IMG/VR virus record: IMGVR_UViG_3300028800_000001
Location: 263,296 to 327,295 of that record
Length of the DNA: 64,000 nt
Source: a virus
Direction: 5' to 3' (one strand)
Shown: piece by piece, positions 33,649 through 42,261 of the stretch
Position numbering within the stretch: position 1 is the stretch's first letter
How the letters are laid out: each line of letters opens with the position of its first letter
The notes under the pieces: model-generated
Seen by the model: only the letters and a program-made list of their open reading frames with translations
What the model was told of the DNA's origin: nothing
Database searches by the model: none
Position numbers and translations under genes: made by a program

Positions 33649-35997
33649 ATGCGCCACCTCAAAACATCTGTGACTCTTTTTGCATTATTCTTTGTAGTCT
33701 TCTTTTTGAGTACCTCCACTGTAGCCGCGAAACCTGTAGCTGGTCCTGTCGTACTTTCTGGGGACATCCTTCCTGGTATGAAACCAGTGAGCGGGGCAGT
33801 GGTCAATTTACAAACGTCTATCCCGATAGAGTTATCCCTGTCAGTGCAAAATCAGCCAGGGCTCAATACATTGCTTGCAGAAATCTACAATCCGCAGTCC
33901 ACAGAGTACCATCACTATCTAGCAAAAGGGCAATTTGCTACGATGTTTGGGTCGTCACCTGCGCAACAAACACAAATCAAACAGTTTCTTACCCGTAATG
34001 GCCTGACATTTGATAACTTTGCCAATAGCAACTTATTGGTGCATGCGCATGGTTCACTTGCGGCCATTGATCAGGCGTTTGCCGTGAGCATGCAAACGGA
34101 ACAGATCAAAGGCACGAAGTTCCTGGCGAATACTGTAGAGCCATCGGTGCCAGCAGCAATAGCTCCACTCGTAACAGGTGTGCAGTTAGAACAAGCGCCA
34201 CAATCGCTCTTCGTCAAGCCGCAAGGAAGAACAACTGGTCAACGTTTTCTCACGCCATCAGGGTATGGCCCTGCCGATATTAAGACGGCCTTTAGTGGCA
34301 CGTCTTATCTTGGGACTGGAAGTGGACAAAAGATAGGGGTTGTCGGGTTCGATGTACTTGCAGCTAGTGACATTACTGCCTATGAACGGCAGTACGGTGT
34401 CATTTGTGGCACCTGTAATGTGAGTATAACTACTGTCACTACAGGAAACACCGCAACTGATGTCGATATTGAACAGGCATTAGATTTCGAGCAAATTATC
34501 GCACTCGCGCCATCAGCCACGTATTACTTCTATGACGAGGAAAGAAACGACTTTACTGGATTTCAGGATAATATTGCAACTGTTGCAAGTGCCGACGTGG
34601 TGAACACTGCTAGCTTGAGTTGGGGATGGGATTGTGAACAAGCGCCAGGTTCTACCATAAAATCATCTGTGAATACCTCCCTGGCTACCATGTCCAGTCA
34701 AGGGCAGTCATTCACAGATGCTTCTGGTGACGATGGTTCTGCGCAAGCAGATGTCTGTGGAGGTGGTGTACCTAATGTTGATTACCCTGGAACAGAACCG
34801 AATGCGCTCACAACTGGTGCGGTTCATGTTTCTGCAACGAGCCCACTTGCGCAGACGAATTGGTACGATGTTTCTGATCCCACTCCTGGTTTTCAGTGCA
34901 GTTCTGATCCGGTCTGTGAAAGTGGAGGTGGCGTAAGTACCTACTATGCAGCCCCCGCCTGGCAAACGGGCACAGGAGTCACTGAAGCTACATATAGCCA
35001 AACAGGAACGTATTGTGGACAGAGTACAGGTGTGCATTGTCGAGAGATGCCTGATGTTTCCGGCGATGGAGGCACAGATGGCAGTCTAGTTGGTGATCTT
35101 GCACTTTATGATAGTGGAACATGGGGATTAGTTTTTGGGACAAGTGCCTGTGCGCCGCAATGGGCAGCATTCATCGCCGATTTCAATGCTAGTTCAGGAA
35201 CCACTATTGGGACGCCAATGACTAGCCTCTACGGCTTTTGGAACGCGACCCAGAATGTTGGGTACAACGGTTTTACTGACGTAACCACTGGTTCTTCAGA
35301 TTATTATCCTGTTGGAACTGGATATGATATGGCAACAGGGCTTGGCACCCCGCGCCTTGACCAACTCCTTTGGGACTACGAAGGCTTTTTAGGTTGGGAT
35401 AAATTTGGAAATCGTAACACGATTAGTAGTGGATGGAACGGCACAAAGAACGCGCAGGACGGTCAGGCGTGGGCTGGCGATCCTGTATCCAATGCTGCTT
35501 TTAGCGTACCTGTTGCAGGCGGTGAGGGTGATATCGCGCCTTCTGCCAATACGAACTTCAATGGACAGCTTGGACCATCTAGTAGCGATGATGAGCAAGT
35601 CGTAATTGAGGCGCAGGCGTCTTCATGGACCAGTACCAATCTCGGCGCAGTAGCGAGATGGAGTTCCAACTCGAACTGGTACAGAGCCTACATCAATGGC
35701 ACAAATTTAAAAATTGATAAGCTGGTCGCAGGAACAGCGACCAATCTTGCTACCTTTGGCTTTACCGCATCAACCAGTACAAAATACTGGATTAAGTTCA
35801 AAGTCGTAGGGACCACGCTAGAAGCAAAAGTTTGGGTAGAAGGAGGTTCTGAGCCTGGAAGTTGGCAGGCAACGGTTACTGATTCTAGTTTCTCATCTGG
35901 GAAAGAAGGTATTCGCTTTGGAGTGGGGAATGGAGTGACCGCGAATCTCTTCGCGTTCTATGGAGGCAGTGGTTTGAAGTTTAAGCCAGTAGCATAA
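33649..35997 (+). CDS. secreted peptidase S53 (sedolisin/kumamolisin-like) with signal peptide, N-terminal pro-domain and C-terminal ~200-aa beta-rich extension
   Basis: RBS caAGGGAG precedes MRHLKTSVTLFALFFVVFFLSTSTVAA|KP. The active-site serine motif VFGTSACAPQWAAF matches GGTSAAAP of S53/S8 peptidases. Confidence 0.6.
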   Translation: MRHLKTSVTLFALFFVVFFLSTSTVAAKPVAGPVVLSGDILPGMKPVSGAVVNLQTSIPIELSLSVQNQPGLNTLLAEIYNPQSTEYHHYLAKGQFATMFGSSPAQQTQIKQFLTRNGLTFDNFANSNLLVHAHGSLAAIDQAFAVSMQTEQIKGTKFLANTVEPSVPAAIAPLVTGVQLEQAPQSLFVKPQGRTTGQRFLTPSGYGPADIKTAFSGTSYLGTGSGQKIGVVGFDVLAASDITAYERQYGVICGTCNVSITTVTTGNTATDVDIEQALDFEQIIALAPSATYYFYDEERNDFTGFQDNIATVASADVVNTASLSWGWDCEQAPGSTIKSSVNTSLATMSSQGQSFTDASGDDGSAQADVCGGGVPNVDYPGTEPNALTTGAVHVSATSPLAQTNWYDVSDPTPGFQCSSDPVCESGGGVSTYYAAPAWQTGTGVTEATYSQTGTYCGQSTGVHCREMPDVSGDGGTDGSLVGDLALYDSGTWGLVFGTSACAPQWAAFIADFNASSGTTIGTPMTSLYGFWNATQNVGYNGFTDVTTGSSDYYPVGTGYDMATGLGTPRLDQLLWDYEGFLGWDKFGNRNTISSGWNGTKNAQDGQAWAGDPVSNAAFSVPVAGGEGDIAPSANTNFNGQLGPSSSDDEQVVIEAQASSWTSTNLGAVARWSSNSNWYRAYINGTNLKIDKLVAGTATNLATFGFTASTSTKYWIKFKVVGTTLEAKVWVEGGSEPGSWQATVTDSSFSSGKEGIRFGVGNGVTANLFAFYGGSGLKFKPVA

Positions 35998-36003
35998 CAA
36001 AAA

Positions 36004-36046
36004 AAGAGTGGAGAAAGTTTTTCTTCTTTCTCCACTCTTTTTCTAG
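36004..36046. terminator. bidirectional intrinsic terminator between convergent genes
   Basis: aaaaaaa-GAGTGGAGAAAG-ttttt-CTTCTTTCTCCACTC-ttttt gives a perfect 12-13 bp stem, with an A-run on one side and a T-run on the other. Confidence 0.55.
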
Positions 36047-36050
36047 ATTT

Positions 36051-36476
36051 TTACGAATGCGATTGCAGCATCCAGCCGCGCAACTGAGCATCTAGCTTTT
36101 GATTGTCAACCAGTGTTGCGAAGACCTTATGGCTATCAACGACATTTCCTTGATGGTAGAGTACGTACAGTGTCTCTTTTTGTTTAGCAGTGGAATGTGA
36201 GACGCATACCCTCCAACTACCAGGAAGGATAAGATCGCCAAGGGAGAGCATTTCGTAGGCTTCAACGAAGTTTCTCGGCATACTCCCATTTTTATACTTG
36301 GGCTGCATGGCAAGATCGTCAATATCGCTCGCGTCGTACGACCGGTCTTCATTCGGGCACTGTTCTACAATGCCATTGATGACATAGAGAAGCGCATCCT
36401 CAATCTTTTCATCGTTGCCGCTGGCAAACGCAATCTCCAAACTTTTTCGAATATTGGGAAATCTACTCATTTTCAT
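36051..36476 (-). CDS. hypothetical protein (141 aa)
   Basis: ORF track. Confidence 0.4.
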   Translation of the reverse strand: MKMSRFPNIRKSLEIAFASGNDEKIEDALLYVINGIVEQCPNEDRSYDASDIDDLAMQPKYKNGSMPRNFVEAYEMLSLGDLILPGSWRVCVSHSTAKQKETLYVLYHQGNVVDSHKVFATLVDNQKLDAQLRGWMLQSHS

Positions 36477-36915
36477 CTATCTCCATATTGGGGCATCCAC
36501 ACCAGTAGAGCCCTTCGTCTAATTGTTCGGCTTCGTAAATGTTGACTTCGTGTTCACAAAAATTGCAGATGACCGTCTGTTTTGGGCCATCCGTTATCTC
36601 TTCAAAATCTTCTTCAAAATCGTATACATCCGCAATTGTGGGGAATCTGGGAATATGGGAATGGCGCGCATTGAGAATTTGCTTTCCCTCCGTGGCCTGG
36701 GCTAACTTTTGCAACAGGCGGATAAAGTGTTGAATCTTCTGGTTATAAGGTGCGAACTCTGTTGCCTCTACTGTGCCATTTTTGCACAGTAACATCGTGC
36801 GTAACTGTAAAATGAAGGGAACTGCTCGCTCAGGTTGTATGAGCGCTTCGAACTGTTCAAAGGCTTCTAACCCCTCTTCGATATGCTGCTGTAGCACTTT
36901 GTCATTGATTTCCAT
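36463..36915 (-). CDS. hypothetical protein with C-terminal Cys cluster (150 aa)
   Basis: CNFCEHEVNIYEAEQLDEGLYWCGCP. Confidence 0.4.
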   Translation of the reverse strand: MEINDKVLQQHIEEGLEAFEQFEALIQPERAVPFILQLRTMLLCKNGTVEATEFAPYNQKIQHFIRLLQKLAQATEGKQILNARHSHIPRFPTIADVYDFEEDFEEITDGPKQTVICNFCEHEVNIYEAEQLDEGLYWCGCPNMEIDENE

Positions 36916-36927
36916 GAAAACTACTTT

Positions 36928-37331
36928 CTATGAGAAAATTTCTAACTGTGGATTGGCAGGCAATAAAACTTTTTTCACGCCTGGATAGGACGGATACTGT
37001 GCGATAAATTCACTGGGCACGATGATATTGTTCTGCTGTAGGAACGTTTTGTATGCCGTGTAGGTAATCTCTTGCTCAACGGTTCGCCAGAGGACGCGAT
37101 CCTCTTGCTCAGCGCGTAGCAGTGTCGGAATCACAATTTCTTTCCAGGCCGTTCGATAGGCTTCTTGATTGCGGCTTTTCCTAGCTTTTCAATACAGAAG
37201 TTCACCGCTTCTTGTTCGTGCATATTATAGTGCGTGAAGCCATCAACGATATCGCTAAAACGAGCGAGGAGCCCGTTTGGCTGTTGCAAAATTCTCCAGG
37301 CCATCTTTGTCTTCCTTTCTACGCAATCCAT
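36928..37331 (-). pseudogene. two adjacent short ORFs (68 + 66 aa) that together resemble the C-terminal half of 37319..38002; likely a fragmented paralogue
   Basis: QEDRVLWRTVEQEITYTAYKTFLQQNNIIVPSEFIAQYPSYPGVKKVLL versus QEGRILWRTNDGTPYEEYREFFAHHDVHLPEKLNGYPGLQAIREALEKL. Confidence 0.3.
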
Positions 37332-38002
37332 ACCAGGACGCGTCTATTCAACTTTTCTAAGGCTTCTCGAATGGCTTGGAGCCCTGGATAGCCATTCAAC
37401 TTTTCTGGCAGATGCACATCGTGGTGTGCAAAAAATTCTCTGTATTCCTCGTAAGGCGTACCATCATTCGTGCGCCAGAGGATACGTCCCTCCTGCTCGG
37501 CTTGCAGCACTGCGGGGATCAAAATGTTTTTCCATGCGCGTCTCTGTATTTCTTGGTCGTCAAGCATCAGTTCTAGTTGAGAGTCTGCGCCAAGCATATC
37601 AACAACAAGCCGACGCCGCGCATTAAAAGTGAAGAGGCCAGTGCGCAGTGCTTGTTCTGGAATGGCGCTACTGGCAATCATAGGTATAAGAAAACTGAAA
37701 GATGGGAAGACGTGGAGTGCCTCTGGTTCTTGCGGCCACTCGTACGCCATAATCGGTCTCCAGCTCTGGTAGTTCTCGCCATAGGCTTTTTCACCAATTT
37801 CTTCTTCGAGACGCCTCTTTGGTGCTTTGAGTAGGATCTTTTTGCCACGTATCCAGAGGGTATATTGATCTTCAGACCAGGACTCAGGATCGCCTGCGTA
37901 GTGATGAATAACGTGTCGCTCAACAAACATATCAGGGGCAAGAAAAAAGATATCGTCCTCGCCGTATTCTTCTTTGAGCCATTGTTCAAATGTTGTGTTC
38001 AT
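37319..38002 (-). CDS. hypothetical protein (227 aa)
   Basis: ORF track. Confidence 0.45.
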   Translation of the reverse strand: MNTTFEQWLKEEYGEDDIFFLAPDMFVERHVIHHYAGDPESWSEDQYTLWIRGKKILLKAPKRRLEEEIGEKAYGENYQSWRPIMAYEWPQEPEALHVFPSFSFLIPMIASSAIPEQALRTGLFTFNARRRLVVDMLGADSQLELMLDDQEIQRRAWKNILIPAVLQAEQEGRILWRTNDGTPYEEYREFFAHHDVHLPEKLNGYPGLQAIREALEKLNRRVLVWIA

Positions 38003-38014
38003 TTTTCTTCTTTC

Positions 38015-38365
38015 TTATCTTCGTTGTCTTCGCTGGCGTGTTGCCAGCGGCAACTTGGCGCGAATGCTATCAGGGTATGCTACGTCAAGTACTCTGACAG
38101 TCTCTAGTCCAAATTCTTCAATCAAAGGCTGCATCGCTAACTCCAGCATGAGATCGCCATGCTTGCCTTCAGGCACAAAGATATCAAAGTAGCAATCCGG
38201 TCCTTTGACGCCAGTGTATTTCGCTTTGTACTCAAACGTGAGCGCGTGCATAACGGTGCGTATATTTTCCCAACATTTTCCATGCTCTGCTTCTGGACTC
38301 CCCCATGGACTCGGATAGAATTCGATCACTACGATGGGCGTTTCTTCGCCAGGAGTAATGGTCAT
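38015..38365 (-). CDS. hypothetical protein (116 aa)
   Basis: ORF track. Confidence 0.4.
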   Translation of the reverse strand: MTITPGEETPIVVIEFYPSPWGSPEAEHGKCWENIRTVMHALTFEYKAKYTGVKGPDCYFDIFVPEGKHGDLMLELAMQPLIEEFGLETVRVLDVAYPDSIRAKLPLATRQRRQRR

Positions 38366-38400
38366 TCACTTTTTCCTTTTTTGCAAAAAATGGGAGTGGC

Positions 38401-39588
38401 TTACGCCACTCCAGTTTTAACGGTGTCAAGCACCGCACAGTAGTAGAGAATAGTGGTTTGGATGCCTCTAAAGCTATCATCGTGCTTTTTAACTTTACCT
38501 TTGATGACGTAACTCTCACCTTCAATCAGTAGGTCTTTCGGAGTGAACCATGTGTATTGGTTCCCTTCTGCATCCTCCAGGTGATAAATGTTATTGACAG
38601 AGCCGCGTTTAAAGCCAGGGCAATAGTTGACGCGTACCAGCGTCAACGTACGCGTGATTTCCTCGTCTACGTTTCCTTGAAATTGGCTCACCTTTTTCTC
38701 GGTGCGCCGCGAAATCTTATGCGCAAGATCATAGGCTACAAAGAGGGAAGCGACCGTTCCACAGAATTTCCAGGGGATACTGTCGCTCTTGCAGGCCACC
38801 CACAGATTATGATGATAATCACTCGTGCTTTCGTTGATGACCAGTTCGCGTATCCAGGTGAGTGCCGTTTGTACGCGCTTTTCGTCTTCGTTGTTTGGTC
38901 GCGGCGCATCTTGATCTTTTCGCACATCGTCAATCATGAAGAGCGCGGTCTGTGACGTTTTTGCCAGTGGCTCGTAGCTTTCGTGCACCATCTTGGCGGA
39001 AACCCACCCGTAGGTACGGATTGCGAGGGCCACCCAACGCAGGTAACTTTCAGTGCCGATTCCATCAATACGACCAGCGCATCCCTCCTCGTAGGCACCA
39101 CAGGAGTCGCCTGCCAGTGACAACAGCTCTGCGTATGAGGCCATCGCCTCTGGGCTTTTGTGTCCTAAAAAGTCTTTTAAGCAGGTGCGACCAACCTGTT
39201 TGTAAACGCCGGTTGCGTTTTGACGCAGAATAAAGGTGTTGTCGCGTCTGCGATTGGTGTTACACTGTTCGCACTGCTGGGGAACATGGCGAAACTGGAC
39301 AAGCTCGCCTTCGTGGGTCATTGTTGGTACAGAGCGTAAAATATTGCCGTCTTCGGTGTGATCGACAATCGAGATGAAGCTCCATCCGTTGATAATAGGA
39401 GAATCGCCTGTGATCTCAATCTCAAAGTGGCACAAATCGATGCCACCGAGCTCTTCAACCTTGATCATCTGTGTACCAACAACAGAGAGCACAATAGGAG
39501 CGCATTTTAAGCGTTTCGCCTTGCGGTTGAGGACATTAATCTTCTCTTGAAGTTTATCCATGTTGGGCTGTGGAATGAGGTAGGTCAT
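38401..39588 (-). CDS. Cys-rich hypothetical protein (395 aa) behind a strong promoter
   Basis: ORF track. RBS AAGGAG 8 nt before the ATG. CEQCNTNRRRDNTF Cys motif. Confidence 0.5.
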   Translation of the reverse strand: MTYLIPQPNMDKLQEKINVLNRKAKRLKCAPIVLSVVGTQMIKVEELGGIDLCHFEIEITGDSPIINGWSFISIVDHTEDGNILRSVPTMTHEGELVQFRHVPQQCEQCNTNRRRDNTFILRQNATGVYKQVGRTCLKDFLGHKSPEAMASYAELLSLAGDSCGAYEEGCAGRIDGIGTESYLRWVALAIRTYGWVSAKMVHESYEPLAKTSQTALFMIDDVRKDQDAPRPNNEDEKRVQTALTWIRELVINESTSDYHHNLWVACKSDSIPWKFCGTVASLFVAYDLAHKISRRTEKKVSQFQGNVDEEITRTLTLVRVNYCPGFKRGSVNNIYHLEDAEGNQYTWFTPKDLLIEGESYVIKGKVKKHDDSFRGIQTTILYYCAVLDTVKTGVA

Positions 39589-39720
39589 CGATTTTTCTCC
39601 TTGAATTAATTATTTTATTTTTTCGTTTTCACAAAATCATTTTCTAAAATTAATTATAGGCCAGAACGGGTTAAAAGACAAGCATTTTTTCACTGTATTT
39701 TCAGAATATAAATAAAAACC
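39589..39720 (-). promoter_or_regulatory. promoter/leader for 38401..39588 (minus: TTCTGAAAATACA element, then -35 TTGTCT, N17, -10 TATAAT, TAATTTT, then ATAAAATAATTAATTCAAGGAGA)
   Basis: Near-identical architecture to 1035..1144. Preceded on the minus strand by a hairpin (ccgctca...tgagcgg) and a T-run that terminates the upstream gene. Confidence 0.55.
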
Positions 39721-39754
39721 GCTCAAACTTCTTCAAGATGAGCGGTATGCGAGG

Positions 39755-40015
39755 TTAGGGAAGCAGGGCTGTTTGTGCATCAATGAGGTGCTGTAAGTTT
39801 TCTACAAAGGCGAGACTAAGAGTGATTTGCTCTTTGACTCTGTTCACTTCTCCTTGCGCGGCTGCAATAAATTCGCGCTGTTTGGCGTAGAGCCCCTGCT
39901 TTACTTGTCTGATTTCATCTTCAATAGCGGGGCGCTCTTCGTCTGAAGAGGCGATGAGTCTTTGCCTGAGTGTTTCAATGGTGGTGTAGTGTTCGGTAAG
40001 TTGCGCGTCTAGCAT
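39755..40015 (-). CDS. coiled-coil small protein (start adjusted to MLDAQLTEHY)
   Basis: The ORF-track version overlaps 40047..40349. The internal Met removes the overlap. Confidence 0.35.
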   Translation of the reverse strand: MLDAQLTEHYTTIETLRQRLIASSDEERPAIEDEIRQVKQGLYAKQREFIAAAQGEVNRVKEQITLSLAFVENLQHLIDAQTALLP

Positions 40016-40046
40016 TTGTAAATGTTCCAAAGAGGTCTCCTTTTTA

Positions 40047-40349
40047 TTAGAAACTAAAACCGCGCTTATGCGCGTACTGTTTACTGTGCAGATACAGGGT
40101 TGGCACAATGCCCAGGTCAAGAAATTCGTCGAGGATATTGCAGATCCCACCAAGTGCCTCTTCGTCAGAGACAACTTTCATGAACGGATTCTTTTTGCTG
40201 TACTGCTCAAAATAGAAGTTTAGTTTGTTCAATTTCTTGAGTAGCGCTTTATCCTCTCTTGCCATGCGCAACATGTTCAGGCGGGTGCGCTCATCAATGA
40301 CGGTTTCTTGGAGTCTTTTGACGACTGCGAGCATTTCATCGGTGTTCAT
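40047..40349 (-). CDS. hypothetical protein (100 aa)
   Basis: ORF track. Confidence 0.4.
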   Translation of the reverse strand: MNTDEMLAVVKRLQETVIDERTRLNMLRMAREDKALLKKLNKLNFYFEQYSKKNPFMKVVSDEEALGGICNILDEFLDLGIVPTLYLHSKQYAHKRGFSF

Positions 40350-40464
40350 TGTGCTTCTCCTTGATTTTTCGTTTATTTCTTCTATACGAGAAGTATACGC
40401 CAGGAAAAGGACAAAGACAAGGGTTTTTTCATCGCATTGTCAGAGATGAAAAAACCCTTGAGAA

Positions 40465-41358
40465 CTACTTACTTTGGAACGGGTTGAGGAGAATATTACT
40501 GCCATTGGTTGAAAGGGTGCTCGGCAGGTGTCCGTCCCATTTCTGTTGGTACATCTGAATTAAGAGGTACTGCAAGTATTGTGGTGACTTTGAGAGCTCA
40601 GCATTAATGATCTGAATTTGCTGTGCCTGTGACTGCGCTTGTATCTTGGCCGCGTCAGCCGTGTACTGTGCCTTCAGTTTTAAGAATTGCGCCTGTGTGG
40701 CATCTTGCTGGGCTTGCTGTATCGCATCAATACTGGTTTGCTGCGCTTTACTGTAGTGCGGCTGTCCAAGTGAGATTTGTTCAATTGTGACGCCATACTT
40801 ATTCATAATGGGGGTGAGTTGCCCCATCATTGCGGTCTCAATGGAGTTGCCGTGTGAACTGACATCTTGCCACTGATAAGCTCCACCGACCTGATTGAGA
40901 GCATGAATGACGCTTTGGCGAATAAGCTTGGTGCTGACATCGTTATTGAAGCTACCATCCAGCGGTACTCCAGGCATCAGAAAGTAGAGCTTGGCTGGAT
41001 CGGTCACGCGCCACTGCGTTGTGATATCAACCTTGAGTGGAATACCGTTTAAGGTGACAAAGGTGACACTGTCATCACCGCCTTGCTGGCCTTCGGCAGG
41101 ATTGGCGACCATTGCCAATGTTTGCAAGGCGACAGGATATTCAAAAACCGCTTGTCCGTTCCACGAGTTGTACCAATTGAAGGTACTCTGTGGCAGGATG
41201 GTCACATTGGGTTGCCCATTGGCACTTCGCTGTGTGTAGTTGATTAAGAGCCCTACTTGCCCCGCGTTCACGCGGTAGGTAAAGCTACTCATAATAAAGA
41301 CAATCAGAAGAATAAAGAGCACGAGCGCGGCTCCTACGCTGATAAGAAATTTGGTCAT
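40465..41358 (-). CDS. SPFH/band-7 (stomatin/prohibitin/HflKC-like) domain membrane protein with Gln/Ala-rich coiled-coil tail (297 aa)
   Basis: N-terminal TM ISVGAALVLFILLIVFI, then SPFH-like region GQVGLLINYTQRS...IPLKVDITTQWRV, then C-terminal AQQTSIDAIQQAQQDATQAQFLKLKAQYTADAAKIQAQSQAQQ. Confidence 0.55.
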   Translation of the reverse strand: MTKFLISVGAALVLFILLIVFIMSSFTYRVNAGQVGLLINYTQRSANGQPNVTILPQSTFNWYNSWNGQAVFEYPVALQTLAMVANPAEGQQGGDDSVTFVTLNGIPLKVDITTQWRVTDPAKLYFLMPGVPLDGSFNNDVSTKLIRQSVIHALNQVGGAYQWQDVSSHGNSIETAMMGQLTPIMNKYGVTIEQISLGQPHYSKAQQTSIDAIQQAQQDATQAQFLKLKAQYTADAAKIQAQSQAQQIQIINAELSKSPQYLQYLLIQMYQQKWDGHLPSTLSTNGSNILLNPFQSK

Positions 41359-41361
41359 TGG

Positions 41362-41520
41362 TTACTCCTCACGCCATGTCTGGCGAATAGTTGTTTTGGT
41401 TGTTCGAAAATTTTTGCGTATCCAGAGTGCAATTCTGGTAAGTTGTTTCGCAAAGAGTGCGATGCACACGGTGATCACGCTGAGTGCACCAAGTACAGGA
41501 AAGACAATCCATTGCCACAT
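41362..41520 (-). CDS. possible small membrane protein (52 aa, below the ORF-track cutoff) translationally coupled to the SPFH gene
   Basis: Minus-strand MWQWIVFPVLGALSVITVCIALFAKQLTRIALWIRKNFRTTKTTIRQTWREE. Its stop is 3 nt before the SPFH ATG, with GGAG spacing. Confidence 0.3.
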   Translation of the reverse strand: MWQWIVFPVLGALSVITVCIALFAKQLTRIALWIRKNFRTTKTTIRQTWREE

Positions 41521-41559
41521 TGATAGTTTCCTTTCATAAGAAGAAGAACGAAAAAGTTT

Positions 41560-41883
41560 TTAAACAATAAAAAAGCCATAGTTTTTGGCTTCCTCTAACC
41601 AGATGAGTAAATCCACTACACGCTTCTCGTAGAGTGTTCCCCACGGCTCTTCGCGCTCCTGTGCGAGGTATTCTTTGGTCAGCCGGTGAAGTCTGGCCGC
41701 AAGGCGCTTACTCACATAGTGCCCATCATTGGCATAGTAGTATTCTTCTTTCCCTTTGGTCAGATAGCCACGTGCTTCAGCCATGCGTATAATATCGCCC
41801 CAGGCTACAGAAGAAGGGAGGAAGTTTTCAAGCTCCACTCCCTCTGGTATGGCGTTGCGTTTGGCTGCAAGTTCATATCCCAT
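41560..41883 (-). CDS. hypothetical protein (start adjusted to MGYELAAKRN, 107 aa)
   Basis: The ORF-track version overlaps 41888..42331 in another frame. The internal ATG at 41883 sits 4 nt after the upstream stop. Confidence 0.35.
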   Translation of the reverse strand: MGYELAAKRNAIPEGVELENFLPSSVAWGDIIRMAEARGYLTKGKEEYYYANDGHYVSKRLAARLHRLTKEYLAQEREEPWGTLYEKRVVDLLIWLEEAKNYGFFIV

Positions 41884-41887
41884 TACT

Positions 41888-42247
41888 TTACTCCCACGGA
41901 TAATCGGCAGGGCTTGCTGCCTGTTCAACGATTGCATCGAGCGCTTCACGTGAGCGCATTGCACCAGCCCAGGCAGCACGTAGATAGGTCTGCCCATGCC
42001 GCTTGTTTTCCTCCAGGTACGCTTCACGGATCTTGTCATGCTGCGCTTTGTTGGACGCAAGTGCTTCGCGTGCACTCTCCAGCGTAAATCCTTCTTTTTC
42101 GAGAAGGGCAATTCGCTCTTGTATGCCTTGAAAGACACCACCATCAGCTCTGGCCTCGCCGGAGGCGATTAAGCGCTCACAGTAGGTGATGAGGCGCACC
42201 GTTTGGTGCAGTGCGCTGTAGTGTTCGTAACTCGTAATTCCCTGCAT
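41888..42247 (-). CDS. hypothetical protein (start adjusted to MQGITSYEHY, 119 aa)
   Basis: RBS AAAGGAAAAG precedes the ATG at 42247. Confidence 0.35.
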   Translation of the reverse strand: MQGITSYEHYSALHQTVRLITYCERLIASGEARADGGVFQGIQERIALLEKEGFTLESAREALASNKAQHDKIREAYLEENKRHGQTYLRAAWAGAMRSREALDAIVEQAASPADYPWE

Positions 42248-42261
42248 TTTTCTTTTCCTTT

